This document shows, one piece after another, positions 1 to 17,296 of a DNA stretch of 64,000 nt (its first letter is position 1; every line of letters starts with the position of its first letter). The stretch covers positions 1-64,000 of the forward strand of contig CAUYUJ010000008.1 in NCBI GenBank assembly GCA_963575745.1. Reading direction: 5' to 3'. Under the pieces are notes generated by a model. It ran no database searches, was not told where the DNA came from, and saw only the letters and a program-made list of their open reading frames with translations. Both the position numbers and the translations under genes were made by a program. This DNA comes from Prorocentrum cordatum (taxonomy: Eukaryota).

Positions 1-5500
<5,500 letters not shown>

Positions 5501-5519
5501 ATAGCTGTGGTGCTGACGG

Positions 5520-6050
5520 CGATGATGATGGCGTTGATGATGATGATGATGAAACTAATACTGATGGTGGGGTGGTGGTGATAATGATGATGGTGGTTGT
5601 GGCGATAATGCTGATGATGACGATGATAATAGTAATGCCTGTAAGGGCGGGTGGGGATAATGATGATGGCTGGTGGATGATGGTGATGAGGATGATGGTG
5701 GTGATAATGGAGGTAAAGATGGTGGTGATGATGATGATGGTGGTGATGATGGTGAGTATGGGGGTGGTGATAGAGGTGATGCTGATGATGATGATGCTGC
5801 TGGTACTCCTGGTGGTGATGATCATGTTGGTGCGAATGGTGATGATAATGGTGGTGGTGATGGTGGTGATGGTGATGATGATGATGAGGAGGAAGGGGAG
5901 GAGGACGGCGACAAAAAAGACCACGACGACGGCGACGCTGCCTTCGACGACGACGACGACGACGACTACGACGACGACGACGAGGACGACGACGATGGCG
6001 ACGACGACGGCGGCGACGGCGACGGCGGCGACGGCAACGGCGGCAGCGAC
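5520..6050. repeat. (GAT/GGT)n grading into (GAC)n
   Basis: Direct reading. Confidence 0.9.
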
Positions 6051-6087
6051 GGTCGAGGAGTGCGGTGCGCGGAGCGACGAGGGGCGC

Positions 6088-6160
6088 CCAGCGGCTGTCG
6101 ATGAGGGTCCCACCGCACCTGCACTTGCCCGACGACTGCCGCTTCAGGCAGACATGCCAC
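6088..6160 (-). CDS. Exon F: S1 protease N-terminal barrel segment
   Basis: CAG|G completes the Arg codon from exon E. WHVCLKRQSSGKCRCGGTLIDSRW matches WQVSL...CGGxLIxxxW, which normally precedes VLTAAHC. Ends TGG|GC. Confidence 0.88.
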
Positions 6161-7573
6161 CTGCCGAGGGAGGGGGGGGGGGGGAGCAGGAGGGCGTACG
6201 AAGGTATGGGGCGCACGCATGCATGACGAAATGGGGGCAAGACGCCCTCTCCGCAGAGAAGCGCACGCTTCACACTCGGTAGGCTCAGCAAGGAATCTCC
6301 CCTTCCGAAACCTTCAGAGCAAAAGCGAACGCGGCAGCATCTGAGGGGAGAGGAAATCCGAGAACGTCGGGGCAGGATGAGGAGGAGGAGGGGAAAGGGG
6401 AAGAGGATAAGAGAGGAGGAGCACCAGTGAAAGCCCAGGATGCAGCAACGAAGCATTACGCCTTCGCGTCCAAAATCCCCTCCCATCACAAGTCACTACC
6501 AGGCTTCATCCCCACTGTGGCAAGCGCCCCCCTTAAATGACGAGCGCCACTTAAGCGAGAACCCGTCTTGTGAAGGATCCACCCTCCATTCCTCTAGCTC
6601 AATGAAACGCGAAGAGGTCGGATGATCAAGTCTACATCATTGTCCAGCGATGACCCCTTGTTGAAAAAGATCTGCCCTCAATCCGTCAAAGTGCTGCACA
6701 GTGTAACTGTCCTGGCCATAGAATTGGGGGGATGTCTCAAGCGAGAGCGCCATTCTGCAAAGGAGCCGTCCTGCACCCGTGTAACGATCTCACACTATTG
6801 GATGTTCGGGCCATTGAACTTTAAGACTTCCCAACACAGAGCCGCACTTGGAAAATGTATCGGTCTCCGTTCATGTAAGGCGAGTGTGAGCAGCACCTTG
6901 AAGACAATTGGGCCTCCATCGGTGGCTTCAGGACGGTAAGCTGCAAGCAAGTCTCAAGCGAAACGCCCAGCCTGGCTAGGGACACGTCTGGTGGTGCCCA
7001 GTGGAGCAGGACGAAGGAGGAGGATCGAGGTTCGAGGAACGAGTAGCTCCGAACGGACTCAAAAACTGGCCAGCCTCCAGAAACCAGCAGGGCAGTCAGA
7101 AATCGACCTCGGGTCGAAAACTGCCCGTATGGACCCCAGAAGGGTTTGGGGGACCGGTGCTGTGCGGATCTGGGGAGGCGGACCTTGAGGTTCGAGGTTT
7201 TGGGATCAAAGTGTCGTATGTCTTTCTATATGTTTGCGCCGCCGGGGAACTCTCGTCGCCACGGCTGGATCCCCCTCGAAATTGTAGTCAGAACGCTTCC
7301 CAACACATGCCCCAGCGTCGAGCATTGAAAGGAGAGGAGATAAGGAGGAGGGAGAGAAGGGGGAGGGCCAGGAGACGAATGAGAAGGATGCGGAGGAGGA
7401 GGAGGAGGATGGAGGAGGGAGGGGGGGCGGAGGAGAAGGAGAAAGGGGGAGGAAGCAGGAGGAGGAGGGAGGGTGGAGGAGGAGGAGGAAGAGGGATGAG
7501 GAGAGAGGAGGAAGGAGGGAGAGGAGGCGTAGGATAGTGGATACTTGTCACTGTCCATCCTAGGGGACGCGTG

Positions 7574-7611
<38 letters not shown>

Positions 7612-7649
7612 TGCTGCTGTTGCTGCTGCTGTTGCTGCTTACGGGGCGA

Positions 7650-8680
7650 AACCGCCAGATCAATGTCCGCAGGAACCGTCGCATGAGATCGGAGATTACG
7701 CGACATGTTGGAAAAGTGGATTGATCGCTCCAGTGGGAAATGATATTGATTGCGCCTCCACGGATCACTGTTTGTGCAAGCGTAGTCGTAGTTGTTCCAT
7801 CTCAGCGCAGCGCACGAACGCTGACCTTTGGCGTCGCGTGTGGCACGTTTTCGTTTATGATGGCATGCTGCCCGTTCGCATGACGAGGGCGCACTGCACG
7901 CAGGCTGACGCTGAAGCAGGCCGTGCGACGGCTTGGGAGCGCGAGGCCGCTGCATCCGCCGATTCTAACGCAAAGCAGAGTGCCCGGTGTCACCCGTGAG
8001 CGGCGGCGACGGCGGCCAGAGAGTTAACAGGTTCACAGCTGCTGTCAGTCAGGGCGGAATGGTGGGCGGCACAGCAAGACGTGCTGCGAGTGGTGCGGAC
8101 GCGGAAGGATACAGGTGAGTGTCCTTCCTACGCTCCCCCTCCTCCTCCGAAGACCCCTCCTGACCTGGCTGGTAGGACAGGGACAGCTTCTGCATCCTGT
8201 GACCCGCAGCAGTCTGCACATCAAGTGGCAGCTACGCCTGAAGAAGAGTGCGTAACCTTGATAAGCCCTGCCAGCTCCCCGCCTCCGCCCTGAAGAGGCA
8301 GACAATGCGGGCTACTGGGGGAAGTTTCCTGCCTGGGCACCGCAGGGCGCGGGCTACAGAATCGGGCATTTGACGGAGGCCGCTGGACACGCATTGGCTT
8401 GTCTGATGGCTCGTAGTGCCCCACAACGCGTCTCGCAGGAGGCTCAAGCTGGCCAGCTCCATCCTGGGGCTGGGCGGGGTTGGTGTGCGAACCTTCGGAG
8501 CTGCTCGCCGCGTTTGGGATGACCCGGCCCAAGGGACCGTCAGTGCATGGGCGCCCCGTGCAGAGCGCCTCAAAACTGCCGCTTCGCGCGAAGCAAAGTT
8601 GGTAGAAGGCGGCGTCACATGTCGATACGGGTATGGCTTGCTTAGGGCGCTTCGGCATTTGACGAATTGGCCAGCACAGC
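7650..8680 (+). mobile_element. LINE 3' remnant (RNase H C-terminal half and tail)
   Basis: NADLWRRVW...VRMTRAH...ASADSNAKQSA matches the RNase H pattern DLW...KVKAH...GN..AD..AK seen in the two larger LINEs. The extent beyond 8000 is a guess. Confidence 0.6.
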
Positions 8681-9124
8681 GCAGCGCAGCGAAGCGCAGC
8701 GAAGCCCCACACCCTTCTCATACTATTCCTCCTCACCCCCCCTCCTCCCTGTTCCTAAGCCATCAGCCACTGATAACAAAGGATAGACTATCCGACTTGC
8801 AAGTGTTGTCATCGCACGAGTAGAAGGCGTGGTAATGAGAAACGGTATGCTCGAACTAATGACCGCAATACTGGTATACGAATAAAGAAGACCAGAAACA
8901 TCATCACAATAATGTGGATGCCTCGTCATTATCCGCGCAACGCTCCTCGCATGTTCGCAGCGGTGCAGGAAGACGCCCGCCCTGCTTGAACAGTATGTAA
9001 ATGGCGCAATAACGGAATCGGCGCCCCACCTTGATCAACAATTCTCATGCCCTTTCCCTTCCAGTCATCGCCTGGAAGCTCACGAACGGACGGGCAAGCT
9101 CCTCGATCTTCAAACAGGCAAGCC

Positions 9125-9840
9125 CTCCTCCTCATGCTCCTCCTCAGCCTCCTCCTCCTCCTCCTCCTCCTCCACCTCCTCCTCCTCCTCCTTCACCTGC
9201 TCCTCCTCCTCCTCCTCCTCCTCCTCCTCCTCCTCCTCCTCCTCCTCCTCCTCCCTGCTCCTCCTCCTGATCTGCTCCTCCTCCTCCTCCTCCTCCTCCT
9301 CCTCCTCCTCCTCCTCCTCCTCCTCCTCCTCCCCTCCTCCTCCCTGCTCCTCCTGCTCCTCCTGCTCCTCCTCCTCCTCCTCCTCCTCCTGCTCCTCCTC
9401 CTCCTCCTCCTCCCCTCCTCCTCCTCCTCCTCCTCCTCCTCTTCCTCCTCCTCCTCCTCCTTTTCCTCCTCTCAAATCATGCTGCTGCTCTCCTCCTCCT
9501 CCCTCCTCCTTTCTTATTCTCTCTTCTTCTTCTTCTTCTCCTCCTCCTCCTCCTCCTCCTCCTCCTCCTCCTCCTCCTCCTCCTCCTCCTCCTCCTCCTC
9601 CTCCTCCTCCTCCTCCTCCTCCTCCTCCTCCTCCTCCTCCTCCTCCTCCTCTCCTCCTCCTCCTCCTCCTCCTCCTCCTCCTCCTCCTCCTCCTCCTCCT
9701 CCTCCTCCTCCTCCTCCTCCTCCTCCTCCTCCTCCTCCTCCTCCTCTTGTCTCCCCCGTTCCTCCTCCTCCTCCTCCTCCTCCTCCTCCTCCTCCTCCTC
9801 CTCCTCATCCTCCTCCTCCTCCTCCTCCTCCTCCCTCGCC
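9125..9840. repeat. (CCT)n array
   Basis: Direct reading. Confidence 0.95.
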
Positions 9841-10699
9841 TCAACCTCCTCATACTTATTATGTTATCATGTTCCTCCCCCGCCCTGCCCCTGTGTTCCC
9901 CCCGACTTCCCTCCTGGCCCCCTCTCCGGAGGAGAAGGAAAGGAGGAGCAGGAGGAGGAGGAGGAGGAATGAGGCCAAGAAGGAGGAGGGGGATAAGAAG
10001 AAGCTGCTCAGCCGAGGGTGGAGCACAGATCGCAGCGCCACCTCGCGAGCGGGAGCCTGGGAACAGAGAGGACGCCTTGAAGCGAGCCAGAAGGGGGGGA
10101 GGAAGAAGGGGGGGGAAAAGAGGATGAGGAAAATGAGGAGGATGAAGGGGGGAGGGAGAGGAGGAGGAGGGAGTGGAGGAAGTGGAGAAGGAGGAGCTCG
10201 TTCGACAGGGTCACTTGGAGCTGCGGGTTGGTATGGTCTACGACCTCCGGCATCGAATTGCGACGAACATTCACGTTCCTGACAGGATGCCAGCTTGAAG
10301 CTCGATATTCGTGTACAGTGGACTATGGTGATGAAAGCGCGTGCGCATTGCGGACGAATGGCAGAGAACCACTTCCACGCGGTACTTGCGTGCACAATCG
10401 CATTATCAGAAGAGCAGGTAGGCCCAATCTTTACGACTGAGTCATTTCAAATACTGGGCTTGTCTGGTCTGGATCGGCATTATTACGCTGAGCGGTCTCG
10501 AGCTGAAGACGGCACCGCATAAATCTTTAGCTCGTGCTCAAGGCTCGAGCCGCTACACACGGTCCTCTGAGGGCAACTGTCCCTTATCCTGCGGCCATGA
10601 AGGCGGTCGATCGGGATATGCGTGATCTTACCGCCCCATGCTTTCCTACTCGTCATCCTCCTTCATCCTTCTCCCCTGCCTCCTCCTTCCTCTATCCTT

Positions 10700-12000
10700 C
10701 GCCATCATCGTGCCCCTCCTCGCTATCATCATCAACAGCAACACCACCATCGCAACCATCCCCGCCACCACCAACCCCGCCATCATCACCATCACCAACA
10801 ACAGCATCACCATCACCAACAACATTATCAGCATCAGCATCATCATCATCATCACCAGCATCACCATAATCATTAGCATTCGCAATCGCAGTGTCATTAT
10901 TGGTAGTGGTACTAGTATTAATCTTATTATTGATACGATCAGTATTGTTACTAGTAGTGCGAATGACCATGATGCATTGATAGTATACGTGTTCTCATAA
11001 TCAGCCTATATGATGTCATTAGTAAGATTAGCTTTCGTTTAAGTATTAGTATTAGTAGTATTACTACGAGCCCGAATAGTATTACTAGTGCCAGTTGTAG
11101 TAGTATCACTATTGATGCGCTGATGTGCTCACCATCATCATCATCATCAGCAGCATCACCAGCATCAGCATCATCAGCAGCATCAGCATGATCAGCATTA
11201 TCATCATCTGTATCTCCATCTTCAAGAGCAGCATCATCAGCAGCAGCATCATCAGCAGCAGCATCAGCATCATCATCAGCATCATCATCAGCAGCATCAG
11301 TATCGGTGTCGTCGTCGCCGTCGTCGTCATCGTCATCGCCGTCGTCGTCATCGTAATCGTCATCGTCGTCAACATCATTGTCCTCCTCATCATCATCAGC
11401 ATCATCATCGTCATCATCATCAGCATAATCACCATCAAAATCAACACCACCACCCCAATACTCATCAACAGCATCATCAGCAGCAGTATCTACATCACCC
11501 TCATCAGCCTCATCAGCAGCAACAGCCACATCAGCATCACCATCATCTTCCTCAGTATCAGCATCAGCCTCATCGTCATCATTACCATCATCAGCATCAG
11601 CACCATCATAAGCATCAGCATCAGCATCATCATCAACAACAGCAGCATCATAATCAGCATCGCCATCGCAATTGTCATCGTCATAGTCATCGTCCTCAAC
11701 ATCGCCATCGTCATCATCCTCGCCACCACCACCATCATCACCATCGCCATCATCGTCGTCGGCACCGCAAGCATCAGGAAATCGTCAGCACCCCATATCC
11801 CCCAAATCCCCGTTCCACCATCCATAATCCCTCCTCACCCTCCTCCATCCTTCCTTGCCCCTTCTCCTCCTCCTCCAATTCCTTCCTCCTCCTCCTCCTC
11901 CTCCTCCTCCTCCTCCTCCTCACCCTTATCCTCCTCCTCCGTTTTCCTCCTCCTCCTCCTCCTCCTCCTCCTCCTCCTCCTCCTCCTCCTCCTCCTCATG
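10700..12000. repeat. (CAT/CAG)n followed by (CCT)n
   Basis: Direct reading. Confidence 0.9.
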
Positions 12001-12106
12001 TGGCGATCCGAAAGGGAACGCGCTTCGCCCCAAACACCCTCTGATCTTTTCTCGGCCGAAGACGAAGTCTTCCCTCCCTGCCTCCTCTGCGTATCGGGAA
12101 GGCCGC

Positions 12107-12228
12107 CTCCACTCGCACGCCGAAGAGGCCTGGCCGTTCACGATCCTGGCGGTGGCCCAGGGCGTGTCGTCCACACCCTTGAGGCCGCAGGGCGGCGCGG
12201 GCTGCGGCGTGGGCGGCGTGGTCGGTGC
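12107..12228 (-). CDS. Exon E: linker, propeptide Cys and zymogen activation site of an S1 protease
   Basis: APTTPPTPQPAPPCGLKGVDDTPWATAR|IVNGQASSACEW, the CG...R|IVxG pattern of S1A proteases. CAG|G acceptor (another in-frame CAG lies 18 nt upstream) and AG|GC donor in phase 2. Confidence 0.85.
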
Positions 12229-12244
12229 CTGGAGGCATCCGCCC

Positions 12245-12480
12245 TCCTGCTCCTGCTCCTCCTCCTCCTCCTCCTCCTCCTCCTCCTCCTCCTCCTCCTC
12301 CCCTCCTCCCCCTCCTCCTCCTCCTCCTCCTCCTCCTCCTCTCCTCCTCCTCCTCCTCCTCCTCCTCCTCCTCCTCTCTCCTCCTCCTCCTCCTCCTCCT
12401 CCTCCTCCTCCACCTCCTCCTCCTCCTCCTCCTCCTCCTCCTCCTCCTCCTCCTCCTCCTCCTCTTCCTCCTCCTCCTCC
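12245..12480. repeat. (CCT)n array next to the exon E acceptor
   Basis: Direct reading. Confidence 0.95.
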
Positions 12481-15400
12481 TACGGTCAGTGGAATACTGC
12501 TGCCACGGTGAATTTGATATGCACGTGTCTCGAGGTATCTCTGAAGCGATCTTCACGCATGAACCCTCGCCACGTCTGCAGCCCTTGTTTGAAAGCACGG
12601 CGCGAAAACGATGCTACAGCCCGCAGCCGCCGCGCCCTACCCTCGCCCACTCTGTATCGCGCCAAGGCGCTCCTTCAGCCCATGCCGACAACACGGGTAC
12701 GCTCCAGCACTGGATCTGTAAAAAGGAAGCGCGCTCCAGCAGCCCACGGCGTGCAACCCAGTGCTGACTTTACCTAGCGAGAACGTTCCCAGTGCGAGCA
12801 GACAGTGGATGCGACTTCGCCGTCACCGTCGTCGCTACCGTCGTCATCGCAGTCGCCGTCACCACCATGGTCGTCGCCGCCCTCGCCGTCGCCGCCGTCG
12901 CCTCCGTCGACGCCAGCGCAATTTCCGCCGCCGGCGTCGACGTTGTGCCGCCGACTTCGCCGTCGCCATGTCGTCGTATTCGCTGTGGTCTGGGCATCAA
13001 GTCTCACTGTCAAAAGATCTCACTGAGAGCGGGAAGGAGGAGGAGGAAGACGGAGTGAGTGAGTGAGTGAGTGAGTGAGTGCGTGAGTGAATGAGTGAGA
13101 GCGAGAAAGAGAGAGAGAGAGAGAGAACAACAAAAAAACGATCGCGGTGCGAGTCGAAAGCGAACTACGAAAGCTTGCGAGCTTCTTGGCCTTGCTTAAT
13201 GTTTTGGGCCATCGATCGGACTGTACCCGACTTCACTATTCGCGCTGAATCGCATTCGGAGCCCCAGGGACACACATGTGGCCCAGATTCCTGATGATTC
13301 CATTGCCGTTAAAGCCAAAGTCCGCACAGAACCAGAGCTTCTGGATTCTATGCATGTTCATGGAATTAGACGCGTGGACCCAACCCCCTGCCACACGCAA
13401 TGGCACCCTCCTTAGCCAACGCCCCAGAAGGGCCATCCATGTAAACAGGAGTGAAGCACGCGCTATGAAGCTATGCGTCGCGAGTGGATGACGTGGCCGA
13501 ACTACAACAACGCAGGCACTTGTTCTCGCGATCGTCAACTCTTTGGCTCGCGGTGAAGACACGGCGCAGTGACGAAGCAGGGGGAGGCGGAGGAGACGGC
13601 AGCACTGGCTCTCGTTTCCCTGGGCTGCCCTGGCAGCATGCTACGCCTCAGCCTCGGCGCCGAGGGAGTCAAGCGTCGCCCGCGCAGGCCGAAATCGCAT
13701 CTGACGCGCCCGCCTCTTTCCGCGCGAACCACCTCATACGCGAGCCCCGGCGGCCGCTGCCAGTGCCAGCTGACCTGCGGCCGCGCCGCGCCAGATGCCA
13801 GGGAGCGCGCCCTGCGATCGAGCCGGCGCCCGCGAGGTGCGAGCCCACCCACAAGACTACGAAGCCCGCCGGGTCTCGGCCCCGCAGGGCGCCGCCGATC
13901 CGACGCCACAAATCTGCATCTTCACCCATTGGTCGCCAATACCGCTGCTGGCACCAGCCGTCGGCCACCACGGCGCCGTCGGCGGCGACGCGCGCGAGGC
14001 CTTCGGCAGCTCGCGCCGCCACCAACATCGCGCACTGCTCACCACGAGGCACGCTCCGTCGCGCCAACTGGCAATCCTCCAGCGACCGCGGACCCCATCG
14101 CCAGCGGCTCAAAGCACGCGCGGGCCCAACCCAGTTGAGCGTTGAGAGGCTGGCGACCATTCGTTCTTACAACATCCCCATGCATGATGAAACACCTATT
14201 CCTTTTCCGACTGGCACCGAAGACATCGATCAGGCAACCGCAGCTTGACGGCTTTGTCACCAGCAGCCTCCACGCCACAGTTTCTCGGCCAACTCCCGCC
14301 CGTGGCTAGAGAAGCGCGCCCCACTACTCGCAAAGTCGCCGATCGCAAATGGCATGGCTCCACCGCAGGGAATGCACAATACATTACACAAAGGCAGACG
14401 CATGGCTTGTCGGACGTTGGCGAGTGGGCACTTCGCGAGTAGAGGAAAGCGCTCGGCGAGCGGCGACCATGCTAAGCACCTCGGCCATGCGACCAGGCTC
14501 GCGGCGAACTCAGCAGCTGCGGGCACGTGCGCCGCAAAGACAAAATCCACGCCCATCCTCAATGGTGTCGACTGGCGCCCTCCCAGAAGCGCGCTCAGAT
14601 CGACGTCTGCAGGTCGTGCATGACATGATTGGGCGCATCGACATCAACAATTCCTGCCCATGCTGCACATGGACACTGCCACTCTACAACCTCGCCAGAC
14701 GCAGCGGCTGGCACAGCCCATGTCGGAGCTGCCATCGGACCCATCCATTGTGCAAAAGAAGACTCACCACCTCCGACATGGGCCCACGAACGCGCCGCCA
14801 ACGTTGGGTCGGCTCAACACCCCGAGGATGCTGGACAACTGATGGCCACGCTTGCACAGCACTTGGCCTCAGTTGACTCCCCAGCTGCCTCCTGCCGAAC
14901 CACAGCCTGACACGCTCCTCAGGCATGCGCAATGCTGGGTCGCGCGGGGGGCTCGAGGGCGATCAGGGTCGCGAGACACCGACCCTGCGCCGTCGACACG
15001 CGCGCTGGCCCGAGCCTTCTCCTGCACGCCGTGGAGTACGAGCCGAAGGCCCCGTGGATCTGGCAGGCGCACGGCCCCACCGCGAAAGCACCAAGCCGCT
15101 CCAGCTTGGACGTGATATTGCAGCGCCTGCCACGCACTGCACACTTACGAATACAACCACGCATCCTGCCGTACTTTTCGAAGAGCGCTCGACTCGCGAT
15201 ATACGCGCGCGCGCGCGCGCCGGCCACGCCCGAGGTCGGCCCCCGAACACTGAGCCGACTTCTGCGCTCGCACCTCGAAGCCTGACCGGCGCAATGCACG
15301 AGACACTCGCGTGGCATCAGCATGGATCAGGCACGTGACAACGCTCTTCTTGGCCACGCGCAACTCCAGCTTGGCTAGCTTACGACATGTGGCCATCGTA

Positions 15401-16252
15401 CCGCAAATTAACGCTGCAAGACCAGACTTGCGGGTGCCCGCGACCTTCTGCGATATATCATTGATCCATATGCGAGGGCTCATCCTCGGGCAAGATGCGC
15501 AGATCTTCTGTAGGGCGAAGAAGACCATGGGAGTCGAGGAACGCGTCACACGCCTCAAAACGCAGTCTTTGGACCTCTGATTGCGTCGCGTCCAGCGGCA
15601 TTGCCCACGCGCCGCACTGGCCCAACGATCGGGGCGCCATACACTGCAGCACTTCCAAGCATGCGATGGCCGCAGGGATGCCCAAGCGCACTCCGCTGGG
15701 GACGAGGTACCGCCACTGGATCGCATCAAAAAGAGCTGCGGCATCAAGAAGACCATGACCTATGGAATGCGAAGTGAATGCCCGACCTCCTCACGCAGAG
15801 CGCGGACGAAGGCCTCCCTCAACGCAGCGTGCCCACGGATCGCCGCGTCCCAGCGGGCCTCCGTCGCTCGCTCAACCCGCGAGCACACGGCGCTCTGAGC
15901 AGCGACCACAACCTGCAAAACACTGCCGAAAATCCAACGATGCGGTGGCCGACACTCTTTTTCGGCAATAACCTGCCAAGCACAAGCACGACCTACCGCG
16001 GCCACGCCACGGCACCCTCGATGGCCACGTAGAGCTCCGCGAGCTCGCCCAATGCAGAAGCTGGGAAGCGCTCGAAGCCGAGCGGTCTGAGGCGGTCGCA
16101 TCCCATGCCCGAGCTGGCCCGCATCGAATGCGCAACAGCTCGGATCTGATCGTCCGTGACGGGCGGGAGGGACTCGATGGCGGCCGTCTCACGCGAAACA
16201 CGAAACGCTCCACGCAACTCATCTGCATCGTCACGGCATAGACACGATAACC

Positions 16253-16443
16253 TTGTGGATGCTAGGACAATGGAACCCCTAACAATCCTATCATTGAATT
16301 TAAAATGGGTTTAAAAAGTCTGAAAATGTTCTAAGCATGATTTAAACATGTGTTTTACATATTTAACACCTGTTTGAAACATGTTTTAGACATCTGGAAA
16401 TTATTTGGCAACACGCTTCCTCTCCATTGACTGTCCTCCACAA
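16253..16443. mobile_element. MITE copy 1 (191 bp, AT-rich)
   Basis: Imperfect TIRs TTGTGGA...CAATGGA / TCCATTG...TCCACAA. Perfect 8-bp duplication CGATAACC at 16245-16252 and 16444-16451. Confidence 0.85.
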
Positions 16444-17259
16444 CGATAACCTCCTCCTCCTCGTTGGCTGCGTCGACAGGCTGCTGGCCCGCCTCATCGC
16501 CGCCGCTCGCAGCCGCTACTGCGCTGCCTGCGGCGTCAGGCGCATGGTCCCGGCCTTCTCGAGAACCGTGGAGATGTCCAACTCCTTGGTGCCAAAGCTC
16601 CTGATGCACATTCTTCAACACCTCGAAGACGCGCTTGAATTCCTTGCGCTCGGCATCCTCGCAATCTGATTCCCCTAGACCTGAGAAGGGTTCCTCGTCC
16701 CACGTCACCTTGAACTTTGGCCTCATGCTCGATGCCTCGGCGGTCGTTGTGTCGCCGCCGACGCCCTCGGCGTGGGTCATCGCGATGGTGGCAGCTCGGC
16801 TGGCACGTTCAGTTTCAGCGAGTGCTCGGGCCGCCATCTTTTCCTTCCCTTCTGCATCTTTCAGATGATCTTGTACCCGACCTACTGCAACTACAGCCTG
16901 GCTCTTGTTCCTTTTCCAGAGCACCCACTGCACGTTCCACTGCATCCACCTCAGCCCCCCGGGATGGAAGCCGTTGCGCCGGTGCCCTGGGCCAGCTCCG
17001 CCTGGAGCGCCGCCTTGGACACAGGGTTAGTGGCCGGCTGCTCCAACTGTACCTTCTTCAGCACCTCGTAGTCCGACACTGGCTTCGAGTACAGTGAGGA
17101 GCCTGTCGTTCCACTCGTGCTGTCCGCAGGTAGCACACGTCGACCAGGTACGAACGAGTTCTCACTTGTACTTACCGCATTTTCGAATCACCACTTGCGG
17201 CAAATTTGTGGATGAAGTTTGGACCCCCAAGCACAACGCGGAGGCACAGGACGGTGGAC

Positions 17260-17296
17260 TCTCTGCCAAAATGATATGAGCCCAAGTTGCTTGAGC
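17260..17296 (-). other. Tandem degenerate spliced-leader relics
   Basis: GCTCAAG-CAACTTGGGCTCATA-TCATTTTGGCAGAGA: an SL 3' end followed by two 15-mers in register, each 10/15 to CCATTTTGGCTCAAG. Confidence 0.5.

Larger units (their letters stand above)
13150..17296 (-). mobile_element. Heavily decayed LINE: ORF1-like remnant, RT, CCHC, RNase H, C-terminal Cys/His motif; no APE recognised
   Basis: Pre-RT segment LPPVTDDQIRAVAHSMRASSGMGCDRL...AIEGAVAWP (about 16000-16200). Degenerate active site RIWIND (about 15460). CLRC...HHAWGC (about 14170-14230). RNase H SVPRGE...DADLWRRIG...VLWVGSH (about 13830-14070). VHAS...LWFCADFG...LGHMC (about 13270-13390). Boundaries are approximate. Confidence 0.75.
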
